From the NCBI GenBank assembly GCA_041665585.1, contig JBAYIN010000002.1:34869-98868 (forward strand): a stretch of DNA of 64,000 nucleotides. The letters are read 5' to 3'. Both the position numbers and the translations under genes were made by a program. This document shows, piece by piece, positions 25,445 through 34,746 of this stretch (its first letter is position 1; every line of letters begins with the position of its first letter). Source of the stretch: Patescibacteria group bacterium (GTDB taxonomy: Bacteria; Patescibacteriota; Gracilibacteria; JAHISY01). Below the pieces are notes generated by a model. It saw only the letters and a list, made by a program, of their open reading frames with translations. It was not told where the DNA came from and searched no databases.

Positions 25445-28400
25445 TTGACTAAATTACTGACAAAACTCCAAAAAATCTGCGCGAGCCTGTTGGCAATCGC
25501 ACTTTTAGCAGGCCAATTACCTCTAACTCGGGCAGCGACTCTGTCGATTGGCAGTGATTCGCTTGCCAATCCGGCAGTCGGCGAGACCAGCGCCCATTCG
25601 ATTGCCTTCACCACGCAGAGCAATCTCGCCGCAGGCGACACGCTCGAGCTCAGTTTCCCGGATTTCGGCTTCGCGCTCGACTCAGTCGAGGACATAATCG
25701 TGCCAGTCGGACCAGTCGGCACGGTTACTTATTCGAATGCGGACAAAAAAATTACATTTACGCTCTCGCAAAGTTTCCCGGCCGGAGCCGTCGAGGTCGC
25801 AATCAGCAACGGCGGAATCACGAATCCGGCAGTCGCCGGTGAATACTCTGTACGAATTTTGACGAAAAACACAAACGGCGCAGTGCTGGACAGCGGCAGC
25901 GCGCTGGCGCAAATCGCAAACGGCGTGCAAGTTTTAGCGAATGTCACTCCCGTGATTACGAATGTGACGAGCTCAGTCAGTGATGGCAATTATTTGATTG
26001 ACCAGATTATTCCAATTCAGGTTCAATTCACAGGTAATGTTTTCGTCACAGGCACGCCAACGCTGGCGCTGAATAACGGCGGAACTGCTTTTTATTACAG
26101 TGGCAGCGGGACAAGTACACTCACTTTCAGATATCAAATTCAGGCTAATCAAAATCTCGCTACGGGCGGGAACCTCGACTATGCGTCGACGACCGCGCTG
26201 ACACTTGGAACAACTGGCACGATCAAGCTCGCGAGTGGCAAAGATGCCAATTTGCTTTTACCAAGTCCAGGGACCACTAGCTCGCTCGATGCGAACAAAA
26301 ATATCGGCATTTCAACAAGTCAATTTCAACTCTCGGTGACCGCACCGACAGCTTTGTCTTTTGAAATAGCGGACGATAACGGCGCGACCACCACCGCGAC
26401 ACCACTTTTGAAATTCAGTGCAAAAATCGAATCAGGCAAAGTCGCGCTCAGTTGCGACGGCAGAACTTGGAGTAATTGGCACACTTATCCCGAGAGCGGA
26501 CAGCTGAATGCTGACGGCGCGGCCGATTTCAATATCCTGAGCTGCGGCAGCGACGAAGGGCTCAAGACCATCTCGATTAAATTCGCCAACAGCTTCGGCT
26601 ACGAATCGAAAATTCTCACTGACTCCACAATTTATAAAAAAACCACGACTAAAGTCACCGAAACTCCTCCGACTACTCCAAGTGAGGTTCCGACCGTAGT
26701 CCCAACGACCGGAGCAGCGACAGAGACCAAAACTACACAAACTACGGTTGATTTAAGCACTGCCATCACTGAAACAAAAACTAATACCAAAGCTAACGAA
26801 CAAAAAATAATTGAAGTTGGTTATGTCGATCCGAATTCCAATATTTGGAAAAGCTTCCGTGATGTGACGGTCGACACAAATGGCAAAACAACAGTCGCTG
26901 CGCCGAACGAAAATAAAATCGAAGTGCGCGTGATTCCGGCTAAAAAATTGGAAAATCAAACCACCAGCCTCACAACCTCTCAGCCAATCTTGCCTCAGGC
27001 TGGCGGCAAAATTCCCACAAGCACTGAACTCGTTTCTACAACCAACTCTGCAACAGTCCAAATTTCAGCCGAAACCAATGTCACGAGTGGCGGCAGCGGC
27101 GCGAGCAGCAGCCAGTATGAAGGCGTAATTTACGCCCCGGAAGTCGTCGAGAATCCTCCACCCATCACCGACACAAATCTGGAAATTAATAACGCCATTG
27201 CTGTGGGTAGTTCAAGTGGCTCAATCCAGTTTGACCAGCCGGTCTTGCTGACCCTGCCGACCGAGAATAAAAAGGATCCGCGCATTTATTATTTCGATGA
27301 GACAACAAACGATTGGGTCAAAACCGCAGATGTCAAAGGCGGAAAAAGCGGTGGCGAAGTCAGTCCCGACGGCTCGACAATTTCCGTCTGGGTCGATCAC
27401 ATGACACTCTTCGCAGTCGTGGGTGTGAAAGAAATCAAGCTCGTCGGTATCTCGAAAATCGCGGTCGGTGAGGGCGAATCGCGACGCGCAGAATTCGCGA
27501 GCGGCGAGTGGTTTTCACCAGCCGACATTGGTAATGACGATTTCGTCAGCATCGCTTGGAGCGGAGTCGGCGAAAAATTTTATTACACTCTGGATAAAAA
27601 TCCCGCCGCAACTTCCCTGCGCAAAATCACAAATGAGACGAAATTCACGACTGATTTTTTCGTCGATGGAATTCGCGTGAGCGAAGGCGAAAGCTACTTT
27701 CACATTCGCGCCGAAGGTGCGGACGGTGAACGCGACGGCGAGACTGTTTTCGTAGTGAACTACGACAAGACACCTCCCCGCCTGACAAGAATCAAAAATG
27801 AGGCGGGAAAAATTGAGCTGGATTTTTCGGAACCAATCAGTTCGAGCGATGTAATTTCAATTTATTTTGCCGACGGTCGCGAGCTCGAAATTCCGGCCAT
27901 CATCGAACCAACCACAATTTTGGAAATTAATTCTGACGAAACCGCTCCGCAGATTACTGCCATCGTCGGATTGCTCACCGACCACGCCGGACTGGTCTTG
28001 ATCAATCCCTCACCCGATGCAAATGAAATCGCCGACGGTCAAATTCACGCTGCGAGCGTCGAAGTCCTATTCCCTGGTCAACTCGTAAGTGGGAAATACC
28101 TCACGCAAAAAGACTTTGTGAATGTCAAACCACAAGCGCTGGGCGCAGTGAAAATGCGGCTCGCCAGCGGCGCCTGGGAAAATTTCGCGGAAAAAGAATT
28201 CCACATCGCCCTCCCCGACTTCGGCACCAGAAAAATTATTTTTGAATTTGAAAGCGCCAGCGGTGCGACCAAGTCAGCCGGTGTCATCGTCACGCGCCTG
28301 CCGGCAGACACGAGCGAACTTGAGACAAGTGAAGCCGCACAAAATTCCGGCCTCGCCAAATTGCGCGCAGCCATCACAACTAAATTAAAAAAACTGGTCG

Positions 28401-29587
28401 TCTGGGGCATCTCAGCACAAAACGAAAAAATGCTCGCGACTGTGAATCCCGCGATTTTACCGAGTGAAGAAGTTCCGAACTCCGCAGCGATTAGCGATTT
28501 AAATGCTGCACTCACCATCGCTCAGGAAATTGAGAAACTCGCCGGCAAGGAAAATCCAGCCGTGTCAAAAATCGAGCAACTGGCGCAGGAGCTCGCCGCA
28601 AAAAATTTCAAGCTTGATGACCTCTTGCCAATCACGACGCTCGTAAATATTTTCGGCAAAATTTCGAGCGCCGACGCGATGCGGCTGGTCGGATTTTTGG
28701 ATTTGAACTCGGTTGCCCTGCAAAAAAATGACGCGCATTTCACGCTCGGCGAACTTTCGCTCGGATTGCGCGACTCGGACGATGACGGACTGGCGGACAA
28801 GCTTGAGCTCGGACTTGGCAGCAATCCATTTAGCTTCGACTCGGATGGTGATGGGATCTCGGATGGTGACGAGGTTTTGAAATTCGGCACTGACGCGCTG
28901 ACTAAGAATTTACCGGCAACTGTGGGATTCACGAATCTCCCGGAAAAAATCACGAGTCCGCGACCATTTTTAACTGGGACTGCTGCGGCGAATACAATTA
29001 TCACGCTCGTCGCGGTCGCTGCGGCTGACACGGAAATCACGCTCGGAGAAACCATCACGGACACACGCGGTGGCTTTGCGACTTTGGCGAAAAACGCACT
29101 CCCCGCCGGCGATTATGAATTACAGATCAGGGAAAACGGTGAAACTTTAGCCAACAAAAATGTCACAATCAATCTCGATTTCATGCTGTTGCCACCGCAA
29201 ATTTTCGCCGGCTCATCGGAAATTTTTGAAGAAAATCAGCCCGCCTTTTACGGCAACTCGTTTTACGACGCGCGCGTGATTGCGTTTTTTGACGACCTGC
29301 CGAGAGCCGTCGTCGTCGACAATACGCTTGGCGATTTCGTCGTCCGCCCACCGAAAGCTTTGGCGCTCGGAAAACATACGCTCACGATTGTGAGCGAACT
29401 CGCCGACGGAACGCGTTCACCCGCCCGTGTTTTGGAATTCGAAACAATCAAGCCAAACGCGAAATCCGCCGCGCCGGTCATCGAAAATTTCGACTGGGAA
29501 AAAATCGCGCTGGCTGGCGGAATTTTGATTCTCGCTGGAATCGGCGGAATCTGGATTTTCCGCAGAAAAAATCAAACTGCGCCGTAG
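25445..29587 (+). CDS. giant cell-surface protein (1380 aa) with a signal peptide, TSP3-like Ca-binding repeats and a C-terminal TM anchor
   Basis: TTG start. N-terminus LLAIALLAGQLPLTRAAT. DSDDDGLADKLELGLGSNPFSFDSDGDGISDGDE. C-terminus IALAGGILILAGIGGIWIFRRKNQTAP. Confidence 0.8.
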   Translation: MTKLLTKLQKICASLLAIALLAGQLPLTRAATLSIGSDSLANPAVGETSAHSIAFTTQSNLAAGDTLELSFPDFGFALDSVEDIIVPVGPVGTVTYSNADKKITFTLSQSFPAGAVEVAISNGGITNPAVAGEYSVRILTKNTNGAVLDSGSALAQIANGVQVLANVTPVITNVTSSVSDGNYLIDQIIPIQVQFTGNVFVTGTPTLALNNGGTAFYYSGSGTSTLTFRYQIQANQNLATGGNLDYASTTALTLGTTGTIKLASGKDANLLLPSPGTTSSLDANKNIGISTSQFQLSVTAPTALSFEIADDNGATTTATPLLKFSAKIESGKVALSCDGRTWSNWHTYPESGQLNADGAADFNILSCGSDEGLKTISIKFANSFGYESKILTDSTIYKKTTTKVTETPPTTPSEVPTVVPTTGAATETKTTQTTVDLSTAITETKTNTKANEQKIIEVGYVDPNSNIWKSFRDVTVDTNGKTTVAAPNENKIEVRVIPAKKLENQTTSLTTSQPILPQAGGKIPTSTELVSTTNSATVQISAETNVTSGGSGASSSQYEGVIYAPEVVENPPPITDTNLEINNAIAVGSSSGSIQFDQPVLLTLPTENKKDPRIYYFDETTNDWVKTADVKGGKSGGEVSPDGSTISVWVDHMTLFAVVGVKEIKLVGISKIAVGEGESRRAEFASGEWFSPADIGNDDFVSIAWSGVGEKFYYTLDKNPAATSLRKITNETKFTTDFFVDGIRVSEGESYFHIRAEGADGERDGETVFVVNYDKTPPRLTRIKNEAGKIELDFSEPISSSDVISIYFADGRELEIPAIIEPTTILEINSDETAPQITAIVGLLTDHAGLVLINPSPDANEIADGQIHAASVEVLFPGQLVSGKYLTQKDFVNVKPQALGAVKMRLASGAWENFAEKEFHIALPDFGTRKIIFEFESASGATKSAGVIVTRLPADTSELETSEAAQNSGLAKLRAAITTKLKKLVVWGISAQNEKMLATVNPAILPSEEVPNSAAISDLNAALTIAQEIEKLAGKENPAVSKIEQLAQELAAKNFKLDDLLPITTLVNIFGKISSADAMRLVGFLDLNSVALQKNDAHFTLGELSLGLRDSDDDGLADKLELGLGSNPFSFDSDGDGISDGDEVLKFGTDALTKNLPATVGFTNLPEKITSPRPFLTGTAAANTIITLVAVAAADTEITLGETITDTRGGFATLAKNALPAGDYELQIRENGETLANKNVTINLDFMLLPPQIFAGSSEIFEENQPAFYGNSFYDARVIAFFDDLPRAVVVDNTLGDFVVRPPKALALGKHTLTIVSELADGTRSPARVLEFETIKPNAKSAAPVIENFDWEKIALAGGILILAGIGGIWIFRRKNQTAP

Positions 29588-30309
29588 CCCTCCGCGTCAA
29601 TATTTTCCGCCGGCACGCCGAGCTCAAGCAGCTTATTTTTGATACCCGCCGTCGAAACTTCTGAGCCGCAAATCAGGACTTCCAAATTGCGCGGAATATC
29701 TGTCTGCGCGAGTACTTCCGGCAGTCGCCCCGAAACTCCCACGAAGTCTTGCGGCGGACGCGAGACGGCGACGGTGAATTCGAAGTTCGGATTTTCTTTT
29801 TTCAGCTTTTCGAATTCCGCGAGGTAAAAAATTTCTTCGACGAAGGAAACGCCGAGGAAAAGCTTGATTGGACGCGATGATTTCGCACGCGCCAATTGCG
29901 TCGCGACGGCGTAAAGCGGCGCGATTCCCGTCCCCGTCCCGAGCAGCCAAAGTGGTGATTCGTCGCCCAGCTTGGGTACGAAACTTCCCGCTCCGGCCGG
30001 TCCGAAAAATTCGACCGACTCACCGACTTTCAAATTTTTGAGAAAACCGCTGCCTCTTCCCTCTTCACCATTTTCAGTGCGAAAGAGTTTGAAAATGATT
30101 TTGAAAGTCTGCGAATCATGTCCGTCGCTCGCGAAAGTGTAAGCGCGAAAAACCGCTGGCGTTTTGCCATCCGCGACACGCAGCGAAACATAATTTCCTG
30201 CCTCGTATTGCAACTCGCTCGGCTCAACCAGCCGAAAAGTTTTTTCGAAAATATCGCGCGCCAACTCCCGGTGCGATGCGACCTGCGCGATGATTTTTTG
30301 GGGTGGCAT
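29572..30309 (-). CDS. FNR-family FAD/NAD(P)-binding oxidoreductase
   Basis: RAYTFAS (RxYS/T) and GTGTGIAP motifs; 245 aa. Its 3' end overlaps the convergent surface-protein gene by 16 nt. Confidence 0.8.
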   Translation of the reverse strand: MPPQKIIAQVASHRELARDIFEKTFRLVEPSELQYEAGNYVSLRVADGKTPAVFRAYTFASDGHDSQTFKIIFKLFRTENGEEGRGSGFLKNLKVGESVEFFGPAGAGSFVPKLGDESPLWLLGTGTGIAPLYAVATQLARAKSSRPIKLFLGVSFVEEIFYLAEFEKLKKENPNFEFTVAVSRPPQDFVGVSGRLPEVLAQTDIPRNLEVLICGSEVSTAGIKNKLLELGVPAENIDAEGYGAV

Positions 30310-30362
30310 TTAATACAATTATTTACAAAATTTGATTATCGTCGTCAATTACCGTATAATTA

Positions 30363-30806
30363 TTACACAAATTCCTTCGGGATCGCAGCCTCCTTTGGGG
30401 GCTGCTTTAAATTTGTCAGACCTAAAACCTCGGCGATTTTAATTTTCAGATTTTCAAAATCAGCTTGATGCATCATGCCAATTTTCTGGCTCAGTCTTTT
30501 GGCGTCAAAAAGACGAACTTGGGAAAGAATCGCCAAACTTTTTTCACCGCGACTTGAGATAAATTCGAAATAATATTTTTTGTCTGCCCGTTCAGCCGTA
30601 GTCAGCGAGATGCCCCAAAAAATATGCTGATTGAATTTTTTCAGAATAATCGCCGGACGCAAAAAATACTCCCCCTTCCCGTTTTGTTCGAAACCAATAT
30701 TCTCACCGTGCCGAACCCAAAAAATATCCTTTTCTTTGAAAAAAATATGTTGCTCGCGCGAGTCGGTCTGTTGCTTTAGTAAATTCCATTTATCGAAATC
30801 TTTCAT
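30363..30806 (-). CDS. PemK/MazF-like toxin-fold protein with no adjacent antitoxin
   Basis: 147 aa. DIFWVRHGENIGFEQNGKGEYFLRPAIILKKF and LSQVRLFDAKRL resemble long MazF/PemK family members from memory. Confidence 0.55.
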   Translation of the reverse strand: MKDFDKWNLLKQQTDSREQHIFFKEKDIFWVRHGENIGFEQNGKGEYFLRPAIILKKFNQHIFWGISLTTAERADKKYYFEFISSRGEKSLAILSQVRLFDAKRLSQKIGMMHQADFENLKIKIAEVLGLTNLKQPPKEAAIPKEFV

Positions 30807-30824
30807 TATCTTGAAATTTAAGAA

Positions 30825-32255
30825 CTAAATAAACTTCGGTTTTTGCAGATGAAAATCAGTCGCAGTTTGGAAAGCGTGCGCCGCGGCGAGCAATTTCGCT
30901 TCGGCAAATTGCGGCGCGATGAGCTGCAATCCGACCGGCAAATTGACGGAAAATCCAGCCGGCACGGAAATCGCTGGCACGCCCGCGAGACTCGCCGGCG
31001 CAGTGAAAATGTCGGCGAGATACATTTGCACCGGGTCGTCGATCTTCTCGCCAAGCTTGAAAGCCGTGGTCGGCGCGACCGGCGCAGCGATTAAATCAAC
31101 TCCCGCGAACGCAGCGTCAAAATCTTTTTTAATCAGAGTCCGAACTTGCAAGGCTTTTTTGTAAAACTTGTCCGCATAACCCGCCGACAGCGCGAAAGTC
31201 CCGAGCATAATGCGGCGCTTCACTTCGTCGCCGAAACCGCGCGTGCGATTTTCGAAATACATTTCAACCAAATTCGCCGCGTCTTCGTTTTTGATTGTCG
31301 GTCCATAACGAATGCCATCGAAACGCGCCATGTTCGCCGAAATCTCGGAACTCGCGACAACATAATAAGTCGGCACGGCGAATTCGGTGTGCGGCAAAGA
31401 AATTTCGACAATCTCGGCGCCGAGTTTTTTGAGCTGGCTAATCGCTGCCCGAATTACTTTTTCAACTCCCGCGTCCAAACCTTCGACGAAATATTCGCGT
31501 GGAATGCCTATTTTTAAGCCTTTTAAGTCGGTGTGCAGATTAGCGGAATATTTTTCGACTGGTGCGGAACTAGTCGTCGCATCGCGCACATCCTGACCCG
31601 CGAGAATTTCGAGCGCGATTGCTGCGTCTGCAACACTCTTCGTAATCACACCAATCGTGTCGAGCGAGCTCGCCATCGAAATCACACCGTAGCGCGAAAT
31701 CCGGCCGTAAGTCGGCTTCAGTCCGGTCACGCCGCAGAAAGAAGACGGCTGACGAATCGAGCCGCCCGTGTCAGTCGCCGTCGCGAAAACGCACAAATCC
31801 GCCGCGACTGCCGCCGCCGAACCGCCGGAGCTGCCGCCCGGCACGCGCGCTAGATCCCAAGGATTACGGGTTTTTTTGAAAGCCGAAGTCTCGGTCGAGG
31901 CGCCCATCGTGAATTCGTCCGTGTTCACTTTGCCGAGAATCACACTCCCCGCCTGTTTCAATTTTGCGACCGCAGTCGCATCAAAAGGCGGGACATAATT
32001 TTCCAAAATTTTGGAAGCGGCGGTCGTCGGCATTGAAGCCGCACAGAAAACATCTTTGTGTGCGATGGGAATTCCATCCAAGCTACCGGTCAAATTTTCG
32101 CTCGCCTGATCTTGTGCGACGAAAAGGTAGCTTTCAATTTTGGGATCGAGCGCCGCAATTCTTTGCCAATAAGCCGCGGAAACTTCTTCCGCAGAAGCTT
32201 TTTTTTCAGACAATAACTTTCTTGTCTCGACGAGATTTAAAGCAGTGATATTCAT
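30825..32255 (-). CDS. gatA: Asp/Glu-tRNA(Asn/Gln) amidotransferase subunit A
   Basis: 476 aa amidase signature GGSSGGSAAAVAA...TDTGGSIRQP. Downstream of gatC. Confidence 0.93.
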   Translation of the reverse strand: MNITALNLVETRKLLSEKKASAEEVSAAYWQRIAALDPKIESYLFVAQDQASENLTGSLDGIPIAHKDVFCAASMPTTAASKILENYVPPFDATAVAKLKQAGSVILGKVNTDEFTMGASTETSAFKKTRNPWDLARVPGGSSGGSAAAVAADLCVFATATDTGGSIRQPSSFCGVTGLKPTYGRISRYGVISMASSLDTIGVITKSVADAAIALEILAGQDVRDATTSSAPVEKYSANLHTDLKGLKIGIPREYFVEGLDAGVEKVIRAAISQLKKLGAEIVEISLPHTEFAVPTYYVVASSEISANMARFDGIRYGPTIKNEDAANLVEMYFENRTRGFGDEVKRRIMLGTFALSAGYADKFYKKALQVRTLIKKDFDAAFAGVDLIAAPVAPTTAFKLGEKIDDPVQMYLADIFTAPASLAGVPAISVPAGFSVNLPVGLQLIAPQFAEAKLLAAAHAFQTATDFHLQKPKFI

Positions 32256-32265
32256 TATAAATTTC

Positions 32266-32349
32266 TATCCCCTGAACCCTATCCCCTAAACCCTGTCCCC
32301 TAAACCCTGTCCCCTAAACCCTGTCCCCTAAATCCTGTCCCCTAAATCG
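32266..32349. repeat. tandem repeat, six copies of a 14-nt unit (TGTCCCCTAAACCC)
   Basis: Fills the gatC-gatA spacer. The last unit contains the gatC stop codon. The coding-strand unit is GGGTTTAGGGGACA. Confidence 0.9.
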
Positions 32350-32629
32350 ATTTCTTAATTTTAATCTGATTGTTTTCCAGCGGATGCTGCGAGCAAGCAA
32401 TCAGCTCATTCATTTTCGGGAAATTCTCAATCTCGTCCTCGCGCAAAACATTCTCCATGCCATTGACTTGATTCGTCTCGGCAACACCAGCGGTATCGAC
32501 GGAATTCAGTTTCTCGATGAAGCCGACGATTGCGCCGAGCTGCGTCGTGAATTTTTCGGTCTCGGAATCAGTGAGCCGAATCCGCGCGAGCTTCGCGATC
32601 TTGACGACAAGGTCTTTGGTAATTTGCAT
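32342..32629 (-). CDS. gatC: Asp/Glu-tRNA amidotransferase subunit C
   Basis: 95 aa (...IAKLARIRLTDSE...F...L..I..FIEKL..VDT) with gatA downstream. Confidence 0.88.
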   Translation of the reverse strand: MQITKDLVVKIAKLARIRLTDSETEKFTTQLGAIVGFIEKLNSVDTAGVAETNQVNGMENVLREDEIENFPKMNELIACSQHPLENNQIKIKKSI

Positions 32630-32674
32630 TTCCAGGGGATTTTAACAAAAAAATTGGACTGCTAAAATTGGGAG

Positions 32675-33079
32675 GTGAAAAAAGTCCTCATCTTCGGAAC
32701 ATTCGACGGTCTACATCCCGGGCATGAGAATTTTTTCGCGCAAGCCGCGCGATTAGGACGAGTGTTCGTCGTCGTCGCGCGCGATGCCAATGTCGCCAAA
32801 ATTAAAAATCGCCGACCGCACTTCTCCGAGCGCAGCCGACTCGCGACTGTCGCGCACGCGGCCAATGTTTTCGCCGCACGACTCGGCGATCCGCAAGATT
32901 TTCTAAAACCAGTAATTAAAATCCAACCAGACATCATCGCCCTCGGCTTCGACCAAAAAACTTTCGCGCCCACTGAGCTAAAAACGAAATTGAAAAAAAT
33001 CAAGCTCGCGCCCAAAATAATTCGGCTAAAATCATTCCAACCTAAAAAATATAAATCGTCTCTCCTTCCCAAAAAATGA
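32675..33079 (+). CDS. cytidylyl/adenylyltransferase-like nucleotidyltransferase (RibL/TagD-like)
   Basis: 134 aa with GTFDGLHPGH (the HxGH motif). GTG start preceded by GGAGG. Confidence 0.7.
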   Translation: MKKVLIFGTFDGLHPGHENFFAQAARLGRVFVVVARDANVAKIKNRRPHFSERSRLATVAHAANVFAARLGDPQDFLKPVIKIQPDIIALGFDQKTFAPTELKTKLKKIKLAPKIIRLKSFQPKKYKSSLLPKK

Positions 33080-34035
33080 TTTTATTTCTCCGAATTTTGC
33101 GGATGACCGGCCAAAATATCTGGCGCAATGGTCTCACAAGCATCGTCGCAGTCAGCGTGATTACGCTGCTTTTCATGCTGTTTAATGGAATTTTGTTTGC
33201 TAACGAATTTCAAAAAACCGCCCTCTCGGTCGTCAATTCGCGACTCGACCTCGCGCTCAATTTCGTGAAACCAGTTGAAGATTTTCAGGTGAATGCGATT
33301 GAGTCTGAGCTGCAATCCAATTTTCCTGGAATCCGCTCAGTCAAATTTATTTCGAGTGATGAAGCGTTCCGAAATTTTGTCGCGAATTTCGGACAGTCGA
33401 ACAGGCAGCTGGCGACCTGGCTCAGCGCCAACACGAAAAGTTCGCCGTTGCCCGCCACCCTCGTGATTTCAGTCAATGCCGATTTACACAGTGAAATTAT
33501 TAGTTTTCTCGATACGAGTCGTTATAGCGGACTTTTCAATCTCGCCGAACCAGCGACTGGCACACTCGCCACTACGGCCGCTGACAAGATCATCGCGCTC
33601 GACCGCACACTCACGAATATCAGTCTCGCTGCGATACTCATTTTTTCAGGACTCGGAATTTTGATCATCGTCGCCGTTCTGCGCCTCGCGATTTTTACGC
33701 GCGGACTCGAAATCGGCATCATGCGACTCGTCGGCGCGACGCGCCAATTCATTCGCCTGCCGTTTATTTTTGAAGGGATTTTCTTCGGTTTCGCCGCCAG
33801 TCTCGTGAGCGCCGGAATTTTCTTTCTCGGAATCGCGCACTTCGACACGAGCGCTTTCGCTGCCAATCAATTTGGTAGCTTCGGCGAAATGCTCGCGATG
33901 ACGACGACGAATTTCAGCAATCATTTCGCGCTGATTTTGGCTTGGCAAATTCTCGCCGCCATCACGATTGGCACGCTCGCGAGCATCATCGCGACACGCA
34001 AATATCTCTCCAGTCGCGAGGTAATTTTGCACTAA
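33076..34035 (+). CDS. ftsX: FtsX-like permease
   Basis: 319 aa with 4 TM helices, a periplasmic loop, and MRLVGATRQFIRLPFIFEGIFFG. No ftsE next to it. Confidence 0.75.
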   Translation: MILFLRILRMTGQNIWRNGLTSIVAVSVITLLFMLFNGILFANEFQKTALSVVNSRLDLALNFVKPVEDFQVNAIESELQSNFPGIRSVKFISSDEAFRNFVANFGQSNRQLATWLSANTKSSPLPATLVISVNADLHSEIISFLDTSRYSGLFNLAEPATGTLATTAADKIIALDRTLTNISLAAILIFSGLGILIIVAVLRLAIFTRGLEIGIMRLVGATRQFIRLPFIFEGIFFGFAASLVSAGIFFLGIAHFDTSAFAANQFGSFGEMLAMTTTNFSNHFALILAWQILAAITIGTLASIIATRKYLSSREVILH

Positions 34036-34037
34036 AA

Positions 34038-34616
34038 CTATTCGCGCGACTCACGCGCGATAATCGCCTCGACTTCGGCAACCATTTTGCCAATCGCGTC
34101 TTCGCCTGACACCACTTCGAAATCTGCTAAATCTTTTTGGATTAGTTCGGCTTTCGCCGACTCCAGTCGGCGTGCTAATTCCGTGTCCGACATATCCGGC
34201 TGGCGTTTGTGAATTCTCCGAGCAAGCGTCGCGAAATCCGGCGGCACGATGAAAATCGCTGAGAATTTTTCCCGTGGGAAATTTTGGCGAATCGTTTTGA
34301 GACCTTGAATATCGACTTCACGAATCACGACTTTGCCTGCAGCAATCGCCGCCTCGATTGGCTCGCGCAGCGTGCCATACTTCTCAGCCTCATGTACAAC
34401 AGCAGTCTCGAGAAATTTATTCTCGCGTTGCATGACTTCGAAGCGTTCGTCTGAAACGAAAAAATACTGGTCCCCTTCCGTCTCATCTGCGCGCGGCGCA
34501 CGCGTCGTCGCCGATGGCGGAAAATAAAATTCCGGATGATCGCGACGCAAAGCATGCACGAGCGTGCCTTTGCCGACGCCGCTCGGTCCGACGATGAGAA
34601 AAAGTTTGCCAAGCAT
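34038..34616 (-). CDS. gmk: guanylate kinase
   Basis: GPSGVGKGTL P-loop and SATTRAPR. I chose the ATG at MLGKLFLIVGPSG. Confidence 0.9.
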   Translation of the reverse strand: MLGKLFLIVGPSGVGKGTLVHALRRDHPEFYFPPSATTRAPRADETEGDQYFFVSDERFEVMQRENKFLETAVVHEAEKYGTLREPIEAAIAAGKVVIREVDIQGLKTIRQNFPREKFSAIFIVPPDFATLARRIHKRQPDMSDTELARRLESAKAELIQKDLADFEVVSGEDAIGKMVAEVEAIIARESRE

Positions 34617-34711
34617 TTTGAAGATTTTTGTACTCAATTGTTTAGTATTTTAACGCACAATCCGCCGAAGACTTGGCGAAGACGGCTAAATTATTTTCGC
34701 GCTATGGATGA

Positions 34712-34740
34712 TTGACTTTTTTAGACAATTTTGTTAAAAT
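34712..34740 (+). promoter_or_regulatory. near-consensus sigma70 promoter with no ORF downstream
   Basis: TTGACT, 17 nt, TAAAAT. Confidence 0.6.
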
Positions 34741-34746
34741 ATAAAT

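Noticed and set aside
32266-32349. CRISPR array.
   Set aside because: The units are 14 nt and directly abutting with no spacers, and there are no cas genes. It is a plain tandem repeat.
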